Shown here one piece after another: positions 1 to 8,044 of a stretch of 37,759 nt of DNA (positions are counted from its first letter, which is position 1; the number at the start of each line of letters is the position of its first letter). Under the pieces are notes generated by a model. That model was not told the DNA's origin, made no database searches, and saw only the letters and a program-made list of their open reading frames with translations. The position numbers and the translations under genes were made by a program. The DNA is from Prochlorococcus sp. AG-455-E15 (GTDB taxonomy: Bacteria; Cyanobacteriota; Cyanobacteriia; PCC-6307; Cyanobiaceae): assembly GCA_003212115.1 (NCBI GenBank), contig QCQS01000001.1:1-37759 (forward strand). The letters are read 5' to 3'.

Positions 1-698
1 CAGATGGACGTTTTGGTGATAATCCAAATAGGGCGCAACATTACTTTCAATATCAAGTGATAATTAAGCCTTCCCCAGATGGGATTCAAGAAAAATATTT
101 GAAATCTCTGGAATCTCTTGGAATAGAACCTAAAAATCATGACATAAGATTTGTTGAAGATAATTGGGAATCGCCAACTCTTGGAGCTTGGGGCGTAGGT
201 TGGGAAGTATGGCTAGACGGAATGGAAGTTACTCAATTTACTTATTTTCAACAATGCGGGGGGGTTGACTGTCAACCTATACCAATTGAAATAACATATG
301 GTTTAGAGAGAATTGCAATGTTTTTGCAAGATAAAGAAAGTATCTGGAACTTAAATTGGAACGAAGATCTTAAATATAGCGATATTTGGCTCCAATTTGA
401 GAAAGGTCAATGTTCATATAATTTCTCTGAATCTAATCCTGAAAATCTAAGGAAATTATTTGAGATATATCAAGATGAAGCAAACTCATTAATTGAAAAG
501 AAGCTAACTTACCCCGCGCTTGACTATGTTTTAAAGTGTAGTCATACCTTTAATTTGCTTGATGCCAGAGGTGTAATATCTGTAACTGATCGTGCCCAAT
601 ATATAGAAAAAATCAGAAAGTTAGCAAGAGAAGTTGCATCCTCTTGGATGGAAGAAAGAAATGTTTTGAATTTTCCCTTAAAAAACACTTTTAAATAA
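1..698 (+). CDS. glyQ: Glycyl-tRNA synthetase alpha subunit (5'-truncated by window edge)
   Basis: Frame is open from position 3 ([19 protein letters not shown]) into the ORF with [26 protein letters not shown] and [10 protein letters not shown] motifs. Confidence 0.97.
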   Translation, partial: DGRFGDNPNRAQHYFQYQVIIKPSPDGIQEKYLKSLESLGIEPKNHDIRFVEDNWESPTLGAWGVGWEVWLDGMEVTQFTYFQQCGGVDCQPIPIEITYGLERIAMFLQDKESIWNLNWNEDLKYSDIWLQFEKGQCSYNFSESNPENLRKLFEIYQDEANSLIEKKLTYPALDYVLKCSHTFNLLDARGVISVTDRAQYIEKIRKLAREVASSWMEERNVLNFPLKNTFK

Positions 699-707
699 TT
701 ATCTTAA

Positions 708-733
708 GTTACAGATTATGTAACATTTGTTAC
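708..733 (+). promoter_or_regulatory. Putative NtcA-type box (GTA-N8-TAC, 720-733) overlapping a GTTACA-N5-TGTAAC inverted repeat upstream of the porin
   Basis: gttacagattatGTAacatttgtTAC; matches the NtcA consensus; a TACAAT -10-like hexamer lies at 778-783. Confidence 0.45.
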
Positions 734-824
734 TTGAAGTTGAATCTATTATTCCTACCCAAAAAAGTTGTCTTGGATACAATTCAATTACCCATTTCTG
801 TGGGTATTTTTAGTGTGAGGTAAA

Positions 825-2150
825 ATGAAACTCTTCCAACAAATGTTGGTTGTTGGTGCTTCTATGAGTTTATTAACTCCTATTGTTGCACAAGCATCCG
901 ATATTAATATTGAAGAAATGAATGACTACGTTCGTAGCAGCAAATCTTCAAAAAAATTTAATAGCAAAACTTTTACTAACGAGGTTAGTGGCAAAATTGT
1001 AAATCTAAATGGTCGTTTTGACGGTTTAGAGGTACAACAAAATGGTTTAGAAGCTGGCAGCTTTTCAGATACAACTACACTTGATGGTAGTGCTGTTTTT
1101 GCTGCTGCTGCAATAGATGGTGCAACTAAGGTAAATTCATCTGCAACAGAGAATCTGCAGACGATGTATACCTACACCATGAATTTAAATACAAGTTTTA
1201 CTGGTGACGATAATCTTTATGTTCGCTTAAGAACAGGTAATGGTAAGGTCACCGGCGGGTCTTTCTACGAAAAGACTGCTTTCTATCATACAGATACTTA
1301 TTCAGGTGGTGTTGATGATTTTAAAGTTGATAAAATCTGGTATACAACTCCAATTGGTAGTAGTGAAAAATGGACAGCAACAATTGGTCCAAAGATTGAA
1401 AACTATTATATGTACGCAGCACCTGTCTCAATTTATAGACCAGGATTTCATAAGGCTTTCAAGTTAGGTAGTCTTAGTGGTGCTTTCGGTGCGAGTACAG
1501 CTACTGGAGGTGGTGTTAAATATGTTGGGGATAATGGATTAGCTTTTAGTACTAATTTAGTTTCCAAAGGAGCCTCTGGTTCATCTGGTTTATTAACTAA
1601 TGAAGATGAACATAAGTGGGATACAATGCTCGCTTATACACAAGATCAATATCATGTTTCTCTTTCATTATCTCAGCAACATGAAGATTGGTCTTCATTT
1701 AGTTACTACGCAACTGATGCTGCAGTAGCTGTTGAGGAAGACTCTAATGCCACAGCTTATGCGGCAAGAGCATACTGGAGGCCAGAGGAATCAGGAAGTG
1801 CGATGCCTGAAATATCTGTTGGTTACGATATCATCAATCTTGAAGGGCAAACAGGGAACAGTGTTAAAGAAGCAAGTAGTTACTTTGTTGGTTTAGGCTG
1901 GCCTGATATGTTCCAAGACTCTGATTACATCGGAATAGGTTTTGGTCAGCCGTTAAAGGTTGATGAAACAGCTAATGGTGCAGCAGCTGATGATGCAGGC
2001 TTAAGTCCTTTCTTATGGGAAGTAAGTTACTCATTCAAACCAAATGATTCAATAACAGTGATTCCTGCTGTATTCGGTGGAACTGATATCCAAAGTTCAA
2101 CTGATCAAGACATCTTTGGAGCAGCAGTAACTACTAAGTTTAAATTCTAA
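825..2150 (+). CDS. som: Cyanobacterial outer-membrane porin (Som/OprB-like)
   Basis: Signal peptide, FSDTTTLDG and LNTSFTGDDNLYVRLRTGN motifs, C-terminal TTKFKF beta-barrel signature. Confidence 0.9.
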   Translation: MKLFQQMLVVGASMSLLTPIVAQASDINIEEMNDYVRSSKSSKKFNSKTFTNEVSGKIVNLNGRFDGLEVQQNGLEAGSFSDTTTLDGSAVFAAAAIDGATKVNSSATENLQTMYTYTMNLNTSFTGDDNLYVRLRTGNGKVTGGSFYEKTAFYHTDTYSGGVDDFKVDKIWYTTPIGSSEKWTATIGPKIENYYMYAAPVSIYRPGFHKAFKLGSLSGAFGASTATGGGVKYVGDNGLAFSTNLVSKGASGSSGLLTNEDEHKWDTMLAYTQDQYHVSLSLSQQHEDWSSFSYYATDAAVAVEEDSNATAYAARAYWRPEESGSAMPEISVGYDIINLEGQTGNSVKEASSYFVGLGWPDMFQDSDYIGIGFGQPLKVDETANGAAADDAGLSPFLWEVSYSFKPNDSITVIPAVFGGTDIQSSTDQDIFGAAVTTKFKF

Positions 2151-2172
2151 ATTTAAATTCTAAACTTAATAT

Positions 2173-2201
2173 AAAAAGGGGCGCTTAAGTGCCCCTTTTT
2201 T
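2173..2201. terminator. Bidirectional intrinsic terminator
   Basis: AAAAAGGGGCGC-TTAA-GTGCCCCTTTTTT hairpin between convergent genes. Confidence 0.85.
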
Positions 2202-2243
2202 CTTTTAAAAATTCGTAACTGTAATTCTAGAGTGGTTTAGAGT

Positions 2244-2483
2244 TTACCAACAATTTTCTCCTTCTCCAATAGGAACACATACACTTGCTTTCGCCGCTTC
2301 ATCCGCTAATTTTTGAGCTTGTTCATCAAGAATGAAATCAGCTTCTATAGACATATCTGTATTCCATTCTTTAAGTCCTCCTAAGTCACTTTCTTCTGCT
2401 TTTAAGCTTGAGCTCCCAGTGGAGGTCAGAGCTACTACGCTAGTTGTTGCTAAGAATAATGCAATGGAAGTTTTTTTGTTCAT
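2244..2483 (-). CDS. Small secreted hypothetical protein with a C-terminal Cys pair (CVPIGEGENCW)
   Basis: 79-aa ORF with an N-terminal signal peptide. Confidence 0.7.
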   Translation of the reverse strand: MNKKTSIALFLATTSVVALTSTGSSSLKAEESDLGGLKEWNTDMSIEADFILDEQAQKLADEAAKASVCVPIGEGENCW

Positions 2484-2569
2484 TCAATTAACCTTACTTA
2501 GTACATAATAATTAGTTTGGGCTAATCTTTCTAATCGATGTATAAAATGATGCTTGTTAAATTGCTTAT

Positions 2570-3235
2570 TCAATTGGCTAGTCTTCTTAAAAAATTTGAA
2601 TATGATTTATAAATTAGATCAACTTCGTCTGATCTGCCATATTTAGCAAGTAATGATCTTGCCGCAGCATCAAGATCAAATAAATATTCTCTTTCTTCAA
2701 TGCTTTTTACATAGCTTTCAATCCAACCAATAAATACTAATCTCTCACCATCAATAACTTTTTCTACTGAATGTAAATATGTACTTGGGTAAATTATTAT
2801 CTCTCCTTCATCAAGTTTAAATTTTTCTTCTGAGTTTAAACCCTCTATTGTTAAAGCGCCTCCTTCATATTTTTTTTTACAATTTAAAAAGACTGTAAAA
2901 GATAAATCTGCTCTTCCAGACGACATAAAAGCATTATCAATATGACGTCCATATTTCATCCCACTTGTTGATTTTGAAAAGATTGTTCCATGAATTTTTT
3001 TTGGTAAAGCAAAGCTCTTGATTAGCTCATTACTAAGGATTTTTTTTGTAATCAATCCAGAAAACTTTATTGATAAATCTGAATCTCTTCTCAGTTGTAA
3101 ATTATTTTTTTCCTTTGCGGCATGATTTCCAGCAGTAAGCTTGCCATCTTCCCATGCTAGTGATTCTTTTTCTAAATTTTTTCTGAGGATTTCTAATTCT
3201 TCAGAGTTCAATAGTTTATGAGTTAAATAATTCAT
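2570..3235 (-). CDS. piuC: PKHD-type Fe(II)/2-oxoglutarate-dependent hydroxylase (PiuC/YbiX family)
   Basis: YGRHIDN (HxD), ADLSFTVFL, YEGG, YPSTYLHSV and GERLV motifs. Confidence 0.9.
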   Translation of the reverse strand: MNYLTHKLLNSEELEILRKNLEKESLAWEDGKLTAGNHAAKEKNNLQLRRDSDLSIKFSGLITKKILSNELIKSFALPKKIHGTIFSKSTSGMKYGRHIDNAFMSSGRADLSFTVFLNCKKKYEGGALTIEGLNSEEKFKLDEGEIIIYPSTYLHSVEKVIDGERLVFIGWIESYVKSIEEREYLFDLDAAARSLLAKYGRSDEVDLIYKSYSNFLRRLAN

Positions 3236-3337
3236 AATAGATATAAAAAATGATACAAATTGATGTATAGAAATTCTCTTTATGAGGCCTTGCTATGAAG
3301 ATAGATATAAAGTAACCATAGATACTATTTTGTAAAA

Positions 3338-4360
3338 GTGCAAAATCTAAAAAAACTACTTTACTCAGCATTTACATGTACATTTTTGCTAAACGTTAAT
3401 ATATCTGCTAATTCAACAGAAAAAGAAGTCAAAGTTTTCTCAGGGAGACATTACAACACAGATAGAATTATTTATAAAAAATTTGCAGAAGAAACTGGTA
3501 TAAAAGTTCGACTAATCGAAGCTGCTGGCATCTCCTTAATAGAAAGGTTAAAAAGAGAAGGAAAAAATTCTCAGGCTGATTTAATATTGCTAGTAGATGC
3601 CGCAAGAATTACTAATGCAGCCAAAGCTGGATTACTTCAATCAATAGAATCTTCGAATTTAGAAAATGATGTACCTGTTGGATTAAAAGATCCAAATAAG
3701 GAATGGTATGCATTAACAAGAAGAGTAAGAGTTATGGTCGCTAATCCAAAAGTTGTAGATATAAATAAAATTAACGATTATACAGATTTAGCTGATCCAT
3801 CCTTAAAGGGTAAAGTGTGTCTAAGAAATAGAAAAAGTCCATATAATCAATCTTTAGTTGCCAATCAGATAGTTAATAAAGGTGAATCAGAAACTAAAGC
3901 TTGGTTAAGTGGAATGATTTCTAATGTTTCCCAACCATTCTTCCCAGGCGATATTTCCATAATTAGAGCAGTTTCTAAGAAAAAATGTGGAGTAGGAATC
4001 GTTAATCATTATTATGTCGCTAGAATGCTATCTGGAGTAAACGGAAGAAGAGATGCTTTATATTCGAAAAGAACAAAAGTCATTACACCTAATCCTGCAC
4101 ATGTAAATATTAGTGCTGGTGGTGTAGCTAAATATGCAACAAATAAAGCTGAAGCAATTAAGCTTCTCGAATTCTTAGCATCTCCAGAAGGAAGTAAGGG
4201 TTTAGCTGCACCAACTTTTGAGCATCCTTTAAAGGAAGTTAATCAGAATGAAATAGTAAAGAATTTTGGAGAGTTTATACCTGATAATGTCACTGTGGAA
4301 GACCTTGGAGAAAAAAATTCTTTAGCTATTGAATTGATGAAAGAAGCAGGGTGGAATTAA
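3338..4360 (+). CDS. futA: Fe(III) ABC transporter periplasmic binding protein FutA/IdiA
   Basis: SGRHY, ADLILLVDAAR, YNQSL, NHYYVAR and HVNISAGG motifs. Confidence 0.92.
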   Translation: MQNLKKLLYSAFTCTFLLNVNISANSTEKEVKVFSGRHYNTDRIIYKKFAEETGIKVRLIEAAGISLIERLKREGKNSQADLILLVDAARITNAAKAGLLQSIESSNLENDVPVGLKDPNKEWYALTRRVRVMVANPKVVDINKINDYTDLADPSLKGKVCLRNRKSPYNQSLVANQIVNKGESETKAWLSGMISNVSQPFFPGDISIIRAVSKKKCGVGIVNHYYVARMLSGVNGRRDALYSKRTKVITPNPAHVNISAGGVAKYATNKAEAIKLLEFLASPEGSKGLAAPTFEHPLKEVNQNEIVKNFGEFIPDNVTVEDLGEKNSLAIELMKEAGWN

Positions 4361-4423
4361 AAATTAAGATAATTACATAATTCATAATTTTCTCTTTATT
4401 GTGTGCATACTTATAAATAATTG

Positions 4424-4508
4424 GGAGAGGTGGCTGAGTGGTCGAAAGCGAACGATTCGAAATCGTTTAATAGGAAACTATTCGTGGGTTCGAATCCCAC
4501 CCTCTCCG
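4424..4508 (+). tRNA. tRNA-Ser(CGA)
   Basis: Acceptor stem GGAGAGG/CCTCTCC, anticodon arm AACGA-TT[CGA]AA-TCGTT, long variable arm, T-arm GGTTCGAATCC, discriminator G; CCA not encoded. Confidence 0.97.
4498..4508 (+). repeat. attL core (3' end of tRNA-Ser)
   Basis: CACCCTCTCCG, identical to 13829-13839. Confidence 0.85.
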
Positions 4509-4632
4509 GATATTTACTCAGACAGAACGTAGTCAGGGATAGTCAAATTGTCCAAAATGACTGGTATCACAGTGAAAATCAGTGAGTCACCATAGTCAGA
4601 CACACCCAAACACTATCACAAATAATCTGATG

Positions 4633-4676
4633 GTGTCAGGGATGTGTCAGGGATTTCAAGATTCGGTGTCAGGGAT
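4633..4676 (+). repeat. Left integrase arm-type repeats, GTGTCAGGGAT x3
   Basis: Copies at 4633-4643, 4644-4654 and 4666-4676, plus a partial GTCAGGGAT at 4532-4540. Confidence 0.8.
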
Positions 4677-4677
4677 T

Positions 4678-5181
4678 TTAGAAGAGAATTTCTTCAGTTT
4701 CTTTCCTCACAAATTTTGGTTTATAAAATTCAGTATCAGTATTTCTATAGAAATCTCTAAATTTTTTCTTACCTCTTTTTACTTTTTCTAAAAGTCTTAA
4801 ACTCTCAGGAATAGTCATCTGATTTCCGATACTAATCAGATTTTCTTCTCCATCAGGAGAAGGAAGTTCAAGGACATGGGAATCATCTTTTTTATCCTGT
4901 TTAATTTTTTTTATATCTACAAAGTCACCTTTATTATTTTTAATTCGACAGATTTTCTTATTTGATATTTTATTTTTCTTATTTGATATTTTTCTCTTGG
5001 AATTACCCTCAATTAGTAACTGTAAGTGTGGATAATCTTCTTCGTAAAATTCATCAACTCCATCATAATAAGTAGGATTATTGTTAATAAACTCTGCAAA
5101 TGTAAGATTCTCTTCTAATCTTTTTTGTTTTAGAAAGACATCTTTTACCATATCCATCTTTCTACTAATTGAACTTTTCAT
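4678..5181 (-). CDS. Hypothetical protein (element)
   Basis: 167-aa ORF; start overlaps the upstream stop (ATGA); a ~21-nt tandem duplication encodes KISNKKNKISNKK. Confidence 0.65.
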   Translation of the reverse strand: MKSSISRKMDMVKDVFLKQKRLEENLTFAEFINNNPTYYDGVDEFYEEDYPHLQLLIEGNSKRKISNKKNKISNKKICRIKNNKGDFVDIKKIKQDKKDDSHVLELPSPDGEENLISIGNQMTIPESLRLLEKVKRGKKKFRDFYRNTDTEFYKPKFVRKETEEILF

Positions 5182-5324
5182 AATGGTTTTCTCCCTGTTC
5201 TTTTCATCTCTGTATAAAGATTATTCACCAAAGTAGAAACAAAAGAATTGAGATTAACCCCTTGTTTCTTACTTAGTTCCATCAACATTTGATAGTCGAT
5301 ATTATTTAAAGTGACATTTTTCAT
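5178..5324 (-). CDS. Small ribbon-helix-helix-like protein (48 aa, not in ORF track)
   Basis: Hand-translated MKNVTLNNIDYQMLMELSKKQGVNLNSFVSTLVNNLYTEMKRTGRKPL; Arc/CopG-like pattern; its stop overlaps the next start. Confidence 0.6.
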   Translation of the reverse strand: MKNVTLNNIDYQMLMELSKKQGVNLNSFVSTLVNNLYTEMKRTGRKPL

Positions 5325-5333
5325 GGTTAATAA

Positions 5334-5513
5334 TTAAATTGCGAGTAATTGTTCTTTAAGTTCTTTCTTAATTAGTCTCTTAATTGCACTACTTCTAGTG
5401 ATGTGATTGTCACAACAGTATTCATCCCAACGTCTTGCAAGTTCTAATTCTCTTGAATTAAAAGAGACTGGGAGATTGTGTTGGTTGTTTTTGTTGAGGT
5501 TAATTGTTCGCAT
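5334..5513 (-). CDS. CopG-like ribbon-helix-helix protein (59 aa, not in ORF track)
   Basis: Hand-translated MRTINLNKNNQHNLPVSFNSRELELARRWDEYCCDNHITRSSAIKRLIKKELKEQLLAI; TRSSAIKRLI resembles RHH helix 2. Confidence 0.6.
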   Translation of the reverse strand: MRTINLNKNNQHNLPVSFNSRELELARRWDEYCCDNHITRSSAIKRLIKKELKEQLLAI

Positions 5514-5686
5514 AGTTCTTGTTCTTTAATTAGGTAAAGTTTGCGTTCAGTCTTACGAATTGACTCAATAAGGAAGTCCTCAAACCCAGTCCAGAACGGA
5601 TCTTTCAACTTCTTTTTGTAATCAATTACTAATCCTGATAAATAATTACACTCGTGTTTAAATGACATAAAATCCTCCAAAGTCAC
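5444..5686 (-). CDS. Hypothetical protein (element)
   Basis: 80-aa ORF with GTG start; its 3' end overlaps the RHH ORF by 70 nt. Confidence 0.4.
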   Translation of the reverse strand: MTLEDFMSFKHECNYLSGLVIDYKKKLKDPFWTGFEDFLIESIRKTERKLYLIKEQELCEQLTSTKTTNTISQSLLIQEN

Positions 5687-5802
5687 TGTCCCTTGTGATG
5701 ATGGAGGATTTTATTTAAGAAACGGAATAAAAATAATTCAAGTCACGTCCCCATCTTTTGTATAAATTAATATGTAATTATTTATATTTAAATATTTTTT
5801 AG

Positions 5803-6378
5803 ATGTCGGTAAATGATACAAAATCACATAGAAGTCTAATTTTTAAAGGTGTTGGACTGGAATTTGAAATTAAAAATTTCACTTCCCTAAACAGATTTGA
5901 TAAAGAGACAGGAGAATTACTTGAGAGAGATGAATGGGAATATGAAACTGATGAGGATTTAGATATTGAGGGTGGAGTTACTTATGAATATCTCAAAATT
6001 TATTTAAGAAATAATGATACTGAAGAAGAGATTTGTTTGAATGAAACCAAGACTTTTGAAGAACTAGGAATTGAAGTCATAGGTCTAGAGAACTGTCTTG
6101 AAGAAATGGATAAAGAGGACAAGAAAGAAGTCAAAGAAGAAGTTGATGATAGTCAATTAAAAGATGATGACTATTGGTTAGTAAAAACAGAAAATATGAA
6201 AGGTGTTTGGGGTGAGGTCGATTTTTATGAAGGAGATGAATTTGATATTGAACTTATAACCATCACTGTTAATCGTGATTGTGGAGAAAATCTCTGTAGG
6301 GTTGAATATGATGGTCAGGATTTAGAACCAATGGAACTCAATGGTGGTGGGGTTACAGAGGAAATCCGTCCCCTTTGA
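5803..6378 (+). CDS. Highly acidic hypothetical protein
   Basis: 191 aa; about 56 D/E versus about 20 K/R by hand count; no alanine. Confidence 0.75.
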   Translation: MSVNDTKSHRSLIFKGVGLEFEIKNFTSLNRFDKETGELLERDEWEYETDEDLDIEGGVTYEYLKIYLRNNDTEEEICLNETKTFEELGIEVIGLENCLEEMDKEDKKEVKEEVDDSQLKDDDYWLVKTENMKGVWGEVDFYEGDEFDIELITITVNRDCGENLCRVEYDGQDLEPMELNGGGVTEEIRPL

Positions 6379-6435
6379 TAGAGAGAAGTCTTAGATAGAG
6401 AAGACAAGTATATTTAAAATGACATTTTTAATGAT

Positions 6436-6576
6436 TTAAATCACCGATGAGACTTTAATCACTCTTGCAAATGGGTTTCTCTGGAGTGCAACTTTCTTAC
6501 CATCTTCATAACTGATTGCAGTCACAACCTCTTCATGGACTGTTCCTGAGATCCAAAGACTGACCTTGAGTTTCAT
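6436..6576 (-). CDS. Small conserved-looking protein resembling cyanophage hypotheticals (46 aa, not in ORF track)
   Basis: Hand-translated MKLKVSLWISGTVHEEVVTAISYEDGKKVALQRNPFARVIKVSSVI; has its own promoter, TTGCCA-N16-TATGAT at 6630-6603. Confidence 0.7.
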   Translation of the reverse strand: MKLKVSLWISGTVHEEVVTAISYEDGKKVALQRNPFARVIKVSSVI

Positions 6577-6602
6577 CTTAATTGTTTATATCAATAATTT
6601 AA

Positions 6603-6630
6603 ATCATAGGAATTAATAATAGAATGGCAA
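6603..6630 (-). promoter_or_regulatory. Sigma70-type promoter for the 46-aa ORF
   Basis: TTGCCA (6630-6625), 16-nt spacer, TATGAT (6608-6603). Confidence 0.5.
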
Positions 6631-6780
6631 TTTATTTGATTCTAATTAATAATTAAAACTGATTAATATTAGTTCTTATTTGTTATTAATTACAATCATA
6701 TTAAAGGTAAAAAGAATAAAGAATTAAGACTCAAGTGATACTCTCAGATTCCTTAACTTTGATTGGTATCACTAGGTTCT

Positions 6781-6832
6781 TGTTAAGAAAGTGTTAAGAA
6801 TAATAGACATCCTAGATTCAAATTGCTATAAT
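6781..6832 (+). promoter_or_regulatory. Strong sigma70-type promoter of the cargo operon with an upstream 11-bp-period direct repeat
   Basis: TAGACA (6804-6809)-N17-TATAAT (6827-6832) with an extended -10 TG; TGTTAAGAA repeated at 6781 and 6792. Confidence 0.75.
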
Positions 6833-7003
6833 AAAGACAAGAAAGGGAACAGTGAGAAACTACCCCAGACTTTAACTACTTCGGACAGTTATTAAACCCT
6901 CTTAATTTAAAATTAAGAACCGAGATTGAATAAGAGATTATAAACAATAAAAGTCTTAAATCAATACCAACAACTTAATACTTACATTTTTAATATTTAA
7001 ACT

Positions 7004-7468
7004 ATGAACCAATCATTCAGAGTGGGTTCTGATGTCAGATACCACGAAAGAGATGAAAAATCATATGGAGAACATTACTTCATTGATTATCACGATAACG
7101 ACCACTGTAAGTGGGTAAGAATTCCAAATTGCAGAATTCTTGAAGTCACTGAAATCCTAGAAGACCTTACTGTTCAAGTAATGCAAGGAAAGATTTCAAA
7201 GTTAAGAGTTCAATCTGAAACTTTTCTCTCTCAACTTGCAAAAAATTGGGATGAAGAAGAACAAAGATATGTGAATGATGAGGTCACATGGAGATCCAGA
7301 TTCTTCGATTATTTCAGATACGGAAAATTGGAAGAGAGATTCACAGGTAAATCATTAGACAAGATGAATGAAGAAACATTTGAACAGTGGAAAGAAAGAT
7401 GTTTAAAAGACCCAAAACATCAAAAATCTAATCCGTTCAAAGGAGACCCAAAAAAAAGAGGTAGTTAA
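7004..7468 (+). CDS. Hypothetical protein, first gene of the element cargo operon
   Basis: 154-aa ORF; its stop overlaps the next ATG (TAATG). Confidence 0.75.
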   Translation: MNQSFRVGSDVRYHERDEKSYGEHYFIDYHDNDHCKWVRIPNCRILEVTEILEDLTVQVMQGKISKLRVQSETFLSQLAKNWDEEEQRYVNDEVTWRSRFFDYFRYGKLEERFTGKSLDKMNEETFEQWKERCLKDPKHQKSNPFKGDPKKRGS

Positions 7469-7602
7469 TGTCCTACCTCAAAAAACAAGTCTTGATGAAT
7501 GTTTTCACAGACTTACAGATACTTCATAGAAATTATCTAAAAACTTATGGAGTTTCAAAACCAACATACAAATTTAACCAACAGGATAAAGGTAATGACT
7601 GA
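7468..7602 (+). CDS. Small hypothetical protein (44 aa, not in ORF track)
   Basis: Hand-translated MSYLKKQVLMNVFTDLQILHRNYLKTYGVSKPTYKFNQQDKGND; overlaps both neighbours. Confidence 0.5.
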   Translation: MSYLKKQVLMNVFTDLQILHRNYLKTYGVSKPTYKFNQQDKGND

Positions 7603-7774
7603 ACTTGAACAACAAACTTACGTCTCTACTGTCTTTAACGTCTTGGAAGTTTATCCATACGAAAGAATGAACAGAAAATTTGAGATGTCAATTGATATGT
7701 GTGACTCAATTGATTGGAGTCACGAAGACGAATGTGGAAACATTTTTGATTCCATTATTGGGGAGGTTGGGTAA
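7595..7774 (+). CDS. Small acidic hypothetical protein
   Basis: Track ORF 7547..7774; the ATG at 7595 (MTELEQQ...) fits translational coupling better. Confidence 0.6.
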   Translation: MTELEQQTYVSTVFNVLEVYPYERMNRKFEMSIDMCDSIDWSHEDECGNIFDSIIGEVG

Positions 7775-8043
7775 TGACTAACAGAAACGAGTTTTCACAA
7801 GAAACTCAAGATAAAATTCTTGAGTTTGTGTCTAATCATCTTCTTGATGTATTTGCATTTCACTCTTTTCGTCAGGAACTAAAAAATCTTTTTGAGAATG
7901 AAACAGACAAGACAGTTACTACTCTTGATGGAGAGGAAGTAGGAATCTTGGAATTGTTTGATATATGGGATTTTGAAGGACGAATCAACATGGATCTCAG
8001 ATTCAGTGATGAGGAATGGAAAGTCAAAAGGGAGTGTGTGTGA
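7774..8043 (+). CDS. Acidic hypothetical protein
   Basis: 89 aa; GGAGG RBS; TAATG overlap with the upstream ORF. Confidence 0.7.
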   Translation: MTNRNEFSQETQDKILEFVSNHLLDVFAFHSFRQELKNLFENETDKTVTTLDGEEVGILELFDIWDFEGRINMDLRFSDEEWKVKRECV

Positions 8044-8044
8044 C

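Noticed and set aside
1240-1467. 75-aa alternative-frame ORF inside the porin gene
   Set aside because: Fully nested out of frame in a conserved gene
4633-4676. GTGTCAGGGAT repeats as a CRISPR array
   Set aside because: Only 11 bp, no regular unique spacers, no cas genes; recurrence next to attR fits integrase arm sites
4582-4791. 69-aa plus-strand ORF
   Set aside because: Runs through the att arm repeats and is antisense to 4678..5181; low-complexity product
6441-6500. CCGATGAG as a hammerhead ribozyme core
   Set aside because: Not the required CUGAUGA, no matching stems, and the region is explained by the minus-strand 46-aa ORF
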